Shown in pieces: positions 1 through 9,423 of a DNA stretch of 64,000 nt (position 1 is its first letter; each line of letters starts with the position of its first letter). A program made the position numbers and the translations under genes. The stretch lies in the NCBI GenBank assembly GCA_016874775.1, contig VGTJ01000004.1:4896-68895 (forward strand). Reading direction: 5' to 3'. Under the pieces are notes generated by a model that was not told the origin of the DNA, ran no database searches, and saw only the letters and a list, made by a program, of their open reading frames with translations. The DNA is from Deltaproteobacteria bacterium. Its GTDB lineage: Bacteria; Desulfobacterota; Binatia; Bin18.

Positions 1-1
1 G

Positions 2-724
2 GGGTTCGATACGCTGAAAAAGACGCTCACTGATAAGAAGGTCGATACACTCGTGGTGATTTCTGATGAACATTTCAACGCGCTCGATCCACGTCGCTAT
101 CCGTCGTTTGGGGTGGTGACCTCAACAACGGCGGTCGGACCAGTGGAGAATTGGTTAGGGATGCCAAGCAACAGTATCAAGATCAATTGTGCGTCAGATC
201 TCGCTGAAGCGGTGATGAAAGAAGGCGTGCAGCAAGGGTTTGATCTGACTCGTCTGGGGGAAGTGGGGCTCGACCACGGTTTCCTCACAGTCCCACATTT
301 CCTGACTCCGAAGTGGGATCTTTCGTATCTCTGGCTCATTCAGAATTGCGTCTTGCCGCCGCTGCCGAGCCTCAAACGCTGCTATGACTTTGGCCGTATG
401 GTGGGGCAGGCGATTCGTAAAGCCGATAGTTCGCGTCGCGTGGCGATTCTTGGAACTGGTGGATTATCCCATGCAGTTGGTACTCCAGATATGGGGCGAG
501 TGACTCCAGATTTCGATAAAAAGTTTCTCGATTTATTGTGTGCCCAGAACCCTGCCATGTGCAGCTTCAGTGATGCAGAACTCGATGCGATCGGCAATGG
601 TACGCACGAAATTCGCAACTGGGTTGCGGTCGCTGGCGTGGTCGAAGGTACGAAAGGCAACGTGGTGATGTACGAACAAGCGATGGCTGTAGGCTTTGGC
701 ATGATGCAGTTTCAAGTTGCCTAA
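2..724 (+). CDS. Class III extradiol ring-cleavage dioxygenase (LigB family), 5' end cut by window edge
   Basis: The frame is open from base 2, and GFDTLKKTLTDKKVDTLV precedes the listed M at 53. LigB-family-like blocks are present: VVISDEH, LDHGF and GTGGLSH. Confidence 0.75.
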   Translation, partial: GFDTLKKTLTDKKVDTLVVISDEHFNALDPRRYPSFGVVTSTTAVGPVENWLGMPSNSIKINCASDLAEAVMKEGVQQGFDLTRLGEVGLDHGFLTVPHFLTPKWDLSYLWLIQNCVLPPLPSLKRCYDFGRMVGQAIRKADSSRRVAILGTGGLSHAVGTPDMGRVTPDFDKKFLDLLCAQNPAMCSFSDAELDAIGNGTHEIRNWVAVAGVVEGTKGNVVMYEQAMAVGFGMMQFQVA

Positions 725-1537
725 TCACTCAAATCGCACGGAAAATCCTTCTTCTTCGTCGTTCTCCTTATCTGTGAGTGTGGTGCGCGCTGAAGTGTAT
801 TGCCCCGTGGGGTAGAACAAATAGCCGGTAATGCTTTGTCCAGGTTGCAGGGTAATATCACCCTGCAACGCTTTGCCTTGCGTTGTCGGTGCTGCGACTG
901 GTGCGACTTGCCCGCCACCTGCAGAGGAGAGAAAAACCTTATCGGCATTCAATCCGTACGGACGTGGCGAGTTGTTGGTAATGACCGCCTTAATTGGCAG
1001 AACGCCACTTTTGGGTAGGTCTGCGCCCAACTCCATTTGTGACTCGAAACTTCCTAAGCGGGTCAACACCATCGACATGCCGCGCCCCGGCCCGTCATCA
1101 CCCAGGTTCTGACTACTCAACAGGATGTTGTAGGTTTGCGTGAAAACGTGCGGGAATGAACCAGGTTTATCCGCGGCGCCGACCAACGCTCGAACGGGTT
1201 CTCCGCTGCGATCCGGTACCGCAGTCGCATGACTCTCGTCGGTACATGTAATGGTGACTTTTCCGGACTTTCCATCTTCTTTTTTAGCCTCAATGAATCC
1301 AGGCTGTCCAGGTTTCGCGATCTGCACTGCCGCCGCTGCGTAGCCCATGCTGACAACAGCGCGATGCGCTAGTCGATTCGCTTCTTCGCAGGTTGGGATA
1401 CGCGTCTCTGCCACACGCTTTTTCAGTGGCTGTTTTGGAGTGCAACTGACCAAGGCGAGAGCCAGAGCGAGAGAGAGACAGAGAGAAAAAATTGCAGACA
1501 TACGCGGGGTGAGTACCATAAAGATCCGGGGCTTCAA
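725..1537 (-). CDS. Hypothetical lipoprotein
   Basis: The N-terminal signal peptide ends in the lipobox-like LALVSC. The rest is a Gly/Pro-rich, beta-type C-terminal region. No family recognised. Its stop codon abuts the stop of the convergent LigB gene. Confidence 0.6.
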   Translation of the reverse strand: MKPRIFMVLTPRMSAIFSLCLSLALALALVSCTPKQPLKKRVAETRIPTCEEANRLAHRAVVSMGYAAAAVQIAKPGQPGFIEAKKEDGKSGKVTITCTDESHATAVPDRSGEPVRALVGAADKPGSFPHVFTQTYNILLSSQNLGDDGPGRGMSMVLTRLGSFESQMELGADLPKSGVLPIKAVITNNSPRPYGLNADKVFLSSAGGGQVAPVAAPTTQGKALQGDITLQPGQSITGYLFYPTGQYTSARTTLTDKENDEEEGFSVRFE

Positions 1538-1759
1538 CTTCTAGTTACAGATGAACCCTTTTATCAACCGTCACTACGCGACGGACGTCAAAAAGGCAGC
1601 CTCTGCCCCAGCCTTGAAAGGCTGGGCTACATTCACGCCGCCAGCTTACGCTGGCTTTTTACTCAGCCCCGGTGGGGCTGTCGACGGTTTAGGGGCCCAG
1701 GCCCAGGCAGAGCTGACGTCGCATCGCAACGTCGGGCAAATATGACGTATGCGCAGTTT

Positions 1760-2251
1760 TTATTCCACAGCATCCTGAGACTCTGTCAGCCCAACCACGT
1801 CGACACTCTCCAATTGCAGCTTACGATTGCGTTGGGTAAAGAAGCCGATCATCGTGAGCGGCGTTCCTGGCTCAGCTTGACCGACTTTGGAGAGCAAGGC
1901 GCGTGGTCCAACGAGGTCGAAATCGACAGCATATTTGCCTGCTTGTTGGAGAATCGCTCCCTCACCGATTTGCTTATCATCGACTGCTTCCGCTTTGACC
2001 AATTCAAACTGATAGGTCTCACGAAAATCGTTAATGCCTAACTTGAGGACTTTCGAGCCTGCCTCAGGATTCGTGTTCAAAAAGCCAGTGAGTTTAATTT
2101 TGAATGGGGTTCGGGAGGCGTCGGAGGTCGCCCCATCCATTCCTCCAGGTGGCACCTGTGCAAATCCACTCGGAGCAACACAAAATAAAGAGAGAAGCAC
2201 ACAACAAGTGATGAAGTGAGAAAATTGGTGACGATAGGTCTTAGACATCAT
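1760..2251 (-). CDS. Secreted protein of unknown function, paralogue A
   Basis: Signal peptide (CCVLLSLFCVAPSGFAQ). Shares the conserved blocks ETYQFE, AE.VDDKQI and LLSK.GQA.P.TPLT.IGF..QR with the adjacent ORF 2334..2885. Confidence 0.6.
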   Translation of the reverse strand: MMSKTYRHQFSHFITCCVLLSLFCVAPSGFAQVPPGGMDGATSDASRTPFKIKLTGFLNTNPEAGSKVLKLGINDFRETYQFELVKAEAVDDKQIGEGAILQQAGKYAVDFDLVGPRALLSKVGQAEPGTPLTMIGFFTQRNRKLQLESVDVVGLTESQDAVE

Positions 2252-2333
2252 TTGCCTCCCTGAGTGAAGATTTTTATACCACGTTATACGTACCGATCCG
2301 AGATTTCCTACGGGTGAAGCCTTTCTCTGCCTC

Positions 2334-2885
2334 TCACTCTGGTTGGAGATCCTCGGATGACATGAGAGCAGGCGGGATTCCTCCTGCTCCGCCGCTTAAG
2401 GAAGGTCGCCCATCAGCGTGTATCGTCTCGATACTTTCGATGATCAGTTCACTTTTGCGTTGTCGGAGAAATCCGATGATAGTGAGGGGTGTATTAGGGA
2501 CCGCCTGACCAATCTTTGAGAGAAGGTCCCGGTTGCCAAAAATACGATAATCGTAAGAGTTAAAGGTAATCCTTGGGATGATGGCTCTTCGCGGAATTTG
2601 TTTGTCGTCGACCGATTCTGCTTGCGTGATCTCAAACTGATAGGTTTCGTGATATCCATTAATCGCCAAAGTGGCGACTTTAGTACTATCCTTTTGCAAT
2701 GTCGTCGGGTTCAAGGTGCCTCTGAGCTTGATGCGAATAGGGAATACTGACCCTTCTCCAGAGCCCCCTCCAAATCCGCTGAAATCTACGCCAAGACCGC
2801 TATAGCCTTGTCCATAGACATTGGTGACGGTTCCTGCCCACAGGCCAACAGTTACGATAGTTATGGCAAGCATTGTCCTTTTCAT
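2334..2885 (-). CDS. Secreted protein of unknown function, paralogue B
   Basis: Signal peptide (MLAITIVTVGLWAGTVTNVYGQ). Collinear similarity to 1760..2251. Confidence 0.6.
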   Translation of the reverse strand: MKRTMLAITIVTVGLWAGTVTNVYGQGYSGLGVDFSGFGGGSGEGSVFPIRIKLRGTLNPTTLQKDSTKVATLAINGYHETYQFEITQAESVDDKQIPRRAIIPRITFNSYDYRIFGNRDLLSKIGQAVPNTPLTIIGFLRQRKSELIIESIETIHADGRPSLSGGAGGIPPALMSSEDLQPE

Positions 2886-2984
2886 GCGATGGACAATAGC
2901 TGAGGTGCCGGTACTGAGCTAGAGGGGGAAAAGTCGCCCTCGCACGGAGAGCTGAGCGTAATGACAACAGTACAGTTGAAATAG

Positions 2985-5606
2985 TTACACCAGCCGTCGT
3001 ATCAGCAGCTCCAGAAAATACACGGCCATGGCCAGCGGAACGAGATAGGGTAACAAAGAGTGTGGTTCTGGTACAGCGACGGGGAGGACGAGGGAAGTTG
3101 GATCGGGATTGATCGCACCATCAGTCGCGGTTGCGAGTGCTTCGAGGAGCAGGGTGTTTGGTTGTGGTTGCGGGATCTCGGCGACGTTGTTCTGATGGGG
3201 GAGGGTGTAGCCCAGTGGTCCGAGGTGCTCTCCGTTGGGAAGCGTCACATCGACACGGTAGTCGCCAATTTTGTTGGTACGATAAATCCCTTGATAATGG
3301 CCAGGGGCGAGCCGTTGCAGGGCGAGCGAGACATCAGTAATACCGGGACCGTTAATGCGAGCGAAAGCGGACTTACCATCTTCGCTGGTTCCGTAAGCAA
3401 ACACGTCAATCACGACACCATCGGTATTGTGCCCAAGCTCGACAGAAAATTGTAATTGTGACTGCTCTTTCGGTTTGTCTCCAGCTTTGTTGCTGTCTCC
3501 AAGCGCCCAGCGAATCGCTTGCTCCCAGAACTTGGCGAATCCATCCCAACTCACCCAGGGGGCTGACCACCGACCATTGGCATCCGAAGTAAAGGCAATT
3601 GATTTTCCACGCCCGTATGACCAGGAGGCAAGGAGGGGTGGGCGTTTACCGTTGGCTTGCAGTGATACGTCAGTTCTGGCACCCGGCTTGGCTTGGGTGG
3701 TGACATACCCTTTGATGGGCGGAAACGCACGGTTCTCAAGGCTTTGCAGGATGGGTGACCCTGGGTTGGCAACGGGCACCAGATCTTTTTCGACCATGGT
3801 CTTCTCTTCGGGTTTCTTTTCTTGCCGCATTTCTCCAACAAAGAGGTCCGGCAGATTTTCTGGGGTGGTGGTGTGATGAAACGCTCCGCCACCATAGTCA
3901 GCGATACGTGAGAGGAGCCGCAAGTTCGGCTCTTCCCCCACCGCAATCGCTGAGATCGTAATTTTGAGTTCGCGATTGATGGCGGTCACGAGGTCGAGAT
4001 ATTCACTCCCACTCCCGCCGGTTTCACCGTCAGTGAGGACAATCATATGTTTGCGGGTCGCTGGCTGTCGTTCGAGCTGTCGCTTTGCTTCTTCAAGCGC
4101 TGGCAACAGAAAGGTGCCGCCCGACGGTTTGAGGCGTTCTAAGCGGCTGTCGATGTCAGCCCGGACGCCACTCATGCGCTGCGCGGGAATCACCGGAAAC
4201 GCTTCAGTGTCAAAACCAATAACGCCAAAGAAGTCTCGATCTTTCAGATTGCGGGCGACGGCGCGCACGCCTTCTTTGGCATAGAGAATTTTCGATTCAC
4301 GCCGCATACTGCCGGAGGTGTCGATGACAAGAACGACTGCCGTCGTGTGCTCTTCTTTCTGCGGTGGAGTGACCGTCACTGGTAGTATCTGTTCAACTTC
4401 TGAACCCTTGTAGCCACCAAGTCCAAGACTCTCTTCACCACCGATCATAATGAGTCCACCACCTTGACGGACGTAGTTATCGAGCCCGGAAAGAAGTGGG
4501 CCGGGAAGTTTGTTGCGCGCGACGTTGTTGAGGATGATGGCGCGAAAAGACGACAACGGCGGTATTGCGGCAGGTAAATCGATGGCTGTCGTGCCTAACC
4601 CTTGACTGCTGAGGATCCGTGCAAGGTAACGGTTGTCTTGAGCGCGCGCACTGACGAGCAAGATTTCTCGCTCTTTGGGGGTCAGCTGTAACCAGGCTGT
4701 CGCGTGATTATCTGGTTGGGTGGCATCTTCTGAAGCTGCACTCGGAGTGAAGACGGCACGGAGAGGAATAAGCCCACTACTGGTTTCAGGGAACGTAATG
4801 GCGTGAGTGAAGACTGAGGCGCCGGGATTGAGCGTGAGGGGCTGTTGCCAGACGACCCGATCTGTCTCTGTCACCCTGAGTTCACCTCGTACGGGATGCG
4901 GGTTGGTATTTTCCAGCGCGATACGGGCCTGAATGGTGTCGCCACCATTGGCAGCGTGCGGGACCCCAAACCGTTGAATGGCGATGTTGGGGACGATGGC
5001 CGGAGGTGGCGGAAGGAAGGGATAAATTTTTAACTGTCGTTCCTTCAGGAGGGGAAACACGGCTTTTGCTGCAGTTGCGGGAGTGTCGTTCTGTGTTCCC
5101 GTCGACGGATCACCTTCTCTGACTTCCCAACCATCGGTAAACAGATAGACATGACGATTATGGGTTTCGTCAAGCAAAGCTGTGAGCGCGCGTTGCAGGC
5201 TAGTCTCGGTGAGTTGTAAGTCTTCGGGTGGTTTCGCGAGCAGGTTCTTGGCTTCTCGCCAGTCGACCTGTTTTGCGGCTCCTGCAAAGATAACCGTTGG
5301 GGTATCAGGTTGTGGGTGGAGTTGGTGCTCAATCGTGTCTCGTATCCATTGTCGTTGTGGGGCAGTCAAACTGCGAGACAGGTCAATGACCAGAAGCGGG
5401 ATGCTAGCGGCACCTGGTCGTAAGGTGTGTAAGCCAGCAACGGCAAGAATCAGCAATGCCAGGACGAGCGAATGGAGGAGCACGCTCAACAACGATGGCA
5501 AGCGACGGAATGCGCGCCATTGCCAGAGCCAGAATAACGGCAAGAGCAACAACAGCGAGAGCAGATGTGGCTGGCTAAAATCGTACGACGGTAGTGATGA
5601 GCGCAT
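2985..5606 (-). CDS. BatA-N-terminal / VWA domain membrane protein
   Basis: The N-terminal double-TM segment resembles the aerotolerance-regulator N-terminal domain (HLLSLLLLLPLFWLWQW). A central GATase1-like region is present (GGGLIMIGGEES). The VWA MIDAS motif is VVLVIDTSGSM, followed later by LTDGET. A C-terminal TM anchor closes the protein. Confidence 0.75.
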   Translation of the reverse strand: MRSSLPSYDFSQPHLLSLLLLLPLFWLWQWRAFRRLPSLLSVLLHSLVLALLILAVAGLHTLRPGAASIPLLVIDLSRSLTAPQRQWIRDTIEHQLHPQPDTPTVIFAGAAKQVDWREAKNLLAKPPEDLQLTETSLQRALTALLDETHNRHVYLFTDGWEVREGDPSTGTQNDTPATAAKAVFPLLKERQLKIYPFLPPPPAIVPNIAIQRFGVPHAANGGDTIQARIALENTNPHPVRGELRVTETDRVVWQQPLTLNPGASVFTHAITFPETSSGLIPLRAVFTPSAASEDATQPDNHATAWLQLTPKEREILLVSARAQDNRYLARILSSQGLGTTAIDLPAAIPPLSSFRAIILNNVARNKLPGPLLSGLDNYVRQGGGLIMIGGEESLGLGGYKGSEVEQILPVTVTPPQKEEHTTAVVLVIDTSGSMRRESKILYAKEGVRAVARNLKDRDFFGVIGFDTEAFPVIPAQRMSGVRADIDSRLERLKPSGGTFLLPALEEAKRQLERQPATRKHMIVLTDGETGGSGSEYLDLVTAINRELKITISAIAVGEEPNLRLLSRIADYGGGAFHHTTTPENLPDLFVGEMRQEKKPEEKTMVEKDLVPVANPGSPILQSLENRAFPPIKGYVTTQAKPGARTDVSLQANGKRPPLLASWSYGRGKSIAFTSDANGRWSAPWVSWDGFAKFWEQAIRWALGDSNKAGDKPKEQSQLQFSVELGHNTDGVVIDVFAYGTSEDGKSAFARINGPGITDVSLALQRLAPGHYQGIYRTNKIGDYRVDVTLPNGEHLGPLGYTLPHQNNVAEIPQPQPNTLLLEALATATDGAINPDPTSLVLPVAVPEPHSLLPYLVPLAMAVYFLELLIRRLV

Positions 5607-5629
5607 GAAGCAATCTGTCCGTGAGGACG

Positions 5630-5662
5630 CACAAATTCAAAGGGCAGCGAGGTACGCTGCCC
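5630..5662 (-). terminator. Candidate intrinsic terminator after the amidohydrolase gene
   Basis: On the minus strand the sequence reads GGGCAGCG-TACCT-CGCTGCCC followed by TTTGAATTT. It lies about 40 nt downstream of the stop at 5705. Confidence 0.45.
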
Positions 5663-5704
5663 CTGATCTTACGATGAACGTGGACAGAGCGGAAGTCTCC
5701 GTAC

Positions 5705-6808
5705 TTAGTTCGGCAAGTTGTACAGTTCAGCTACGTTATCGTGGAGAATCCAGTTCTTCTCTTCTTCTGTCAGATGCGAGGTATGTTTCGCGAGCAGCTC
5801 TTGCGAGTGCGGCCAGGTTGAGTCGCTATGGGGAAAGTCATTTGCCCACATCAAGCGCCGCACATTGCACAGGTCCTTCATCTGGAAGGCCACCCAGTCA
5901 TCCTGGAAGGTGAGATAGATATGTTCACGGAAATATTCACTCGGCATCTTGCTGAGCTTGCTTGCCGTGAGCCAGTAGCGGTGACGATCATAGGCATGGT
6001 CCATACGGTACATGTAATGCGGCGCCCAACCAGCATCGGCTTCAACGCAAACAATCTTCAACTTCGGGTGACGTTCAAACACTCCACCGAGGATGAAGGT
6101 CCCCATGATGTCCTGGCACCCACGAATGATGGAGAGGAAGCCATTCATTTTCGGTCCGCGTGATGGTGCACCGACGACATCGCCTTTACTGGTGAGAATA
6201 TGGAAACTCAGTGGGAGCTTCAGATCAATGGCTGCTTCAAAGAACGGTGCATAAATGGGATCATCGTAGTCGGCGATCTGCGGATTTCCAGGCATCATGA
6301 CACCCTTGAGGCCAAGAGCTTTGATTTTGCGCAAGTCTTCAATACCTTCGTCGACTGATCGCAGTGCCGTTTGCCCGAGGCCGATTAAACGATCGGGATT
6401 GGAGGAGCAGTATTCAGTAACCCACAGATTATAGGCATCAAAGCAAGCTTTCTTGTAATCGAAGTCCGGGTGATTACACAGGAGCATGCCAACAGTCGGA
6501 TAGATGACTTCCGCTGCTACGCCATCGCGATCCTGTTCGGCCATGCGAGCCTGAGGATCCCAACCGCCACGGTGTAATTCTTCAAACTTCGCACCAAAAG
6601 CTTGTAACTCTTCCGCCTTTTTGCCTGCTGCTGCGACGAGCCCCATCGGAATCGGCTGATTTAAGCCATCGATGATAAAGAGGTCCCCTTTTCTTTCGTC
6701 GCGGACAATGTGTGGGGCGGTATCTTTATATTTCTTATCGATACGGTCCACGTACGTGCCCGGTGGCTCGGTGATGTGTGAATCCGCAGAAATGATCGGT
6801 TTCAGCAT
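5705..6808 (-). CDS. Amidohydrolase-2 family metal-dependent hydrolase/decarboxylase
   Basis: N-terminal ISADSHITEP, a typical metal-binding start for the ACMSD-like amidohydrolase_2 family. The C-terminus contains ANDFPHSD. Confidence 0.8.
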   Translation of the reverse strand: MLKPIISADSHITEPPGTYVDRIDKKYKDTAPHIVRDERKGDLFIIDGLNQPIPMGLVAAAGKKAEELQAFGAKFEELHRGGWDPQARMAEQDRDGVAAEVIYPTVGMLLCNHPDFDYKKACFDAYNLWVTEYCSSNPDRLIGLGQTALRSVDEGIEDLRKIKALGLKGVMMPGNPQIADYDDPIYAPFFEAAIDLKLPLSFHILTSKGDVVGAPSRGPKMNGFLSIIRGCQDIMGTFILGGVFERHPKLKIVCVEADAGWAPHYMYRMDHAYDRHRYWLTASKLSKMPSEYFREHIYLTFQDDWVAFQMKDLCNVRRLMWANDFPHSDSTWPHSQELLAKHTSHLTEEEKNWILHDNVAELYNLPN

Positions 6809-6993
6809 GCAGTTCCTCCTATGTCGCGTCAGTATTTTTTGTGTACGCGCATTCTTTCGTCGATATAGCTGCGATTCGTCGTAGGGTGAAGAGGGCCTTT
6901 GTGCTGGCGTAGCACTCAGCGGTCAGCTTTCAGCTTCTGAAGAAATTTTCACTCTTATTTTTCTGGCTGACTGCTGAGTGCTGATCGCTAACG

Positions 6994-7902
6994 TTACCGA
7001 TACGCCGCAAACAACTCTTCGAACGCTACCAATTGATTGCCACGTGCTGAGGTTGGTACCACAATCAGTGTATTGACACCGGCGTCGTGCCACGCTTCGA
7101 CTCCTTCGCGCACTTCTTTGGCCGAGCCGTACAGTGTCACTTGTGATAACCAGCGATCCGACAGCAGTTGGGGAATTTTTTCTTCTTCTTTGTTGGCGAT
7201 CGCTTGACGAACCGCCATCATCTCTTCTTCAAAGCCTGCTTCGATCCAGTACTGTTGATAATTAGGCAGGCGAACATAGCTGGACAGCGTACGGCGATTG
7301 ACCGCGGCGGCTGTAGCTTTGTCGTCATCAATACAGGTTGGCACCATGTTGCCAATCATGAACTTGGGATCTTTGCGTTTTTCTGCTGGCAACGCAGCAA
7401 TAGAAGCGGCCATGTGCGAACGTGCGGCATTGGCCCATAACGCGCCTTGAGCAATTTCACCAGCTAGACGCACCATTGGTTTGCGCAGCGTTGCCAGGAC
7501 TATCGGTGGCAACATATCAGCGCTTGGTACACTCTTTTTCATTTCGCTAATGAAGTTACGAATATCGCCCAGCGGTTTTCCGACTTGGAGTCCCAGACGT
7601 TGATGCATTGGTCCGTGACTGACGCCAATACCAAATTGGAATCGCCCACCGGACAGTTCGTGAATGAATGACGCTGTTTGCGCGTAATCGAATGGATGGC
7701 GAGTATAGATGTTAGTGATGGCAGTGCCGAACGGAATCTCTTTCGTGGTCTGCGCGAGTAGTGCACACCACGTCATATTGTCGATCACACTAGGACTGTA
7801 TATGCCGCTAAATCCCATGGCTTCAAACCGTTGAGCCAGTTCGATTGTTGTTTTCCGTCGCCCAGGCATGGGGGCGACACTCACAGCAGGTTTTTTCGTC
7901 AT
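6994..7902 (-). CDS. LLM-class flavin/F420-dependent oxidoreductase
   Basis: Luciferase-like monooxygenase fold blocks are present (GFSGIY, RFQFGIGVSHG). The start is set at MTKKPAV (ATG at 7902) behind a GGAG. The longer listed ORF would overlap the upstream gene. Confidence 0.75.
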   Translation of the reverse strand: MTKKPAVSVAPMPGRRKTTIELAQRFEAMGFSGIYSPSVIDNMTWCALLAQTTKEIPFGTAITNIYTRHPFDYAQTASFIHELSGGRFQFGIGVSHGPMHQRLGLQVGKPLGDIRNFISEMKKSVPSADMLPPIVLATLRKPMVRLAGEIAQGALWANAARSHMAASIAALPAEKRKDPKFMIGNMVPTCIDDDKATAAAVNRRTLSSYVRLPNYQQYWIEAGFEEEMMAVRQAIANKEEEKIPQLLSDRWLSQVTLYGSAKEVREGVEAWHDAGVNTLIVVPTSARGNQLVAFEELFAAYR

Positions 7903-7912
7903 GCACGTCTCC

Positions 7913-9379
7913 TTACTCATCAAACAGGCGATCTTGATTAGAGGCCGCATTGGGGGGAATGCGATAGAGAATTTTTCCTGGTCCTGACAATTCTGCGGCA
8001 CTGCGATTTTGCTCCGGGGAAGAAGTTGGAGTACCACCAGGGGCGCGGCGTGTGGTCTTTTCTGTGTCTTTATTTCTGCGTGCCGATGACCGCGGCGCAG
8101 ACCGGCTGCTCTCTTGAGCTTTTTCTTGCTCTTTTTCTAGCTTCCGCCGCGTTTTGTTGCGCTGGTTACGTTGTACTGGTTCTTCAGAGGGCGCGACCTC
8201 TGGTGTGACAGATTGTTCGGTGGACAAAGAAACCAAGGGCAGGGTGGTTCCGGTGCCAGGGGATGCCTGCGCTACTGTACTCTTACGAAAGAAATCTAAA
8301 GGGTTGTGCCAGATCGCGCCCCACCCGCCTCTCACACTCTGATAGGCAAATAGCAGCAACGCTGCGGCAAGCGCACCGACACCGGCTGCCCACAGAGGTC
8401 GTGCAGTGACTGATGGAGGTATACGCTTTGGAGTTACTCGTGAACTCACTCGTGGACGGGAAGGGGGCTGAGGGGGGATATTCGGGCGGTTGAGCATGAG
8501 CAGCGCACGAGCCTCAGCAATCGCCTCAAGCATGAGCGGACCAGAAATTGGTTTTTGTTGGCGTGCGGTCCCAGCATGCAAGGCGGCATTGGCAAGGGTA
8601 TTCAGAGTCCGCGGGTTGCCTTTGCCATGTCGCGCAAGAAGACGAAGGGCCTCCACCGAAAAAAGTGGTGTGGCCAGACGTGGACCGACTTTGGTTCGTA
8701 TCCGGGTTACCAGATAGACAAAACTCTCTTCAAATGTGAAGGGTCGCAGTTCTCCAGAGGTGGCCATGCGCCGTTTCAGTTGTTGTAACTGGGGCATTTC
8801 CAGTTTGAGGAGTAGCGTAGCATTCCCAATAAGGATCGTTTGTAAGAGTTTCTTGCCTTGTGTTTCCAATACCGACAACCAGTGAAAATCCTTCAATGTC
8901 TTCACCGGAAGCTGATGGGCATCGTCAATGACGATAACAACAGAACCTTCATGCTCTGCGCACGTTGCCAGTAATGCCGCATGGAGTGCGCGTATGCGCG
9001 GGGCGATATCCTCTAACGGGGCTAACGGTTGATTGGCGGTGGCTGCTGCAGGTGTATCTGCCAGAGAGATCGTGTAATCTTGTTCGACTGTTCCACCCAA
9101 CTTGGTAATCACGGTATCGAGTAACAGAGAAAACGACAGTTTCTCAGCCGACAGAGGAATGACTGTAATGGACTGGGCAGGGAGTTCGTCGAGTACCGCA
9201 CGGATAAAAGTCGTTTTCCCACTCCCATCCTCGCCGGTCAGCATCACCATTCCTTGTCGCTCGATAAGGGAACGGCGAATGGTCGCGGCAAGATCTTGTC
9301 GTTGTTGCGTCCAGAACAGCGACGCTGAGTCAACTTCACCAAATGGAGTTTGCCGGAGGCCAAAGAAGTTGAGAGACAT
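7913..9379 (-). CDS. ExeA/GspA-like AAA+ ATPase with TM segment and basic C-terminal tail
   Basis: The N-terminus MSLNFFGLRQTPF is typical of the ExeA family. Walker A is GEDGSGKTT and Walker B is VVIVIDDAH. A Pro-rich linker, one TM helix (LWAAGVGALAAALLLFAY) and a K/R/E/Q-rich tail follow. Confidence 0.7.
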   Translation of the reverse strand: MSLNFFGLRQTPFGEVDSASLFWTQQRQDLAATIRRSLIERQGMVMLTGEDGSGKTTFIRAVLDELPAQSITVIPLSAEKLSFSLLLDTVITKLGGTVEQDYTISLADTPAAATANQPLAPLEDIAPRIRALHAALLATCAEHEGSVVIVIDDAHQLPVKTLKDFHWLSVLETQGKKLLQTILIGNATLLLKLEMPQLQQLKRRMATSGELRPFTFEESFVYLVTRIRTKVGPRLATPLFSVEALRLLARHGKGNPRTLNTLANAALHAGTARQQKPISGPLMLEAIAEARALLMLNRPNIPPQPPSRPRVSSRVTPKRIPPSVTARPLWAAGVGALAAALLLFAYQSVRGGWGAIWHNPLDFFRKSTVAQASPGTGTTLPLVSLSTEQSVTPEVAPSEEPVQRNQRNKTRRKLEKEQEKAQESSRSAPRSSARRNKDTEKTTRRAPGGTPTSSPEQNRSAAELSGPGKILYRIPPNAASNQDRLFDE

Positions 9380-9423
9380 GATCGGGCACCACTTTCTGGT
9401 ATGACGACTATCTAATGACGAGG

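Noticed and set aside
722-727. Convergent LigB and lipoprotein genes whose stop codons are directly adjacent, with zero spacer.
   Set aside because: This is compact but unremarkable. There is no room for a terminator, which probably only means that the transcripts overlap.
5182-5913. Long antisense or out-of-frame ORFs: 5182..5913(+), 9437..10375(-), 22207..22821(+), 23680..24321(+), 26050..26679(+), 34436..35170(-), 34306..34818(-), 53400..54137(-), and many ORFs opposite sbcC.
   Set aside because: Each lies entirely inside a longer ORF with clear family motifs. Their products are Arg/Ser/Pro-rich low-complexity sequences, typical of shadow frames in GC-rich or coiled-coil-coding DNA. None has an RBS.
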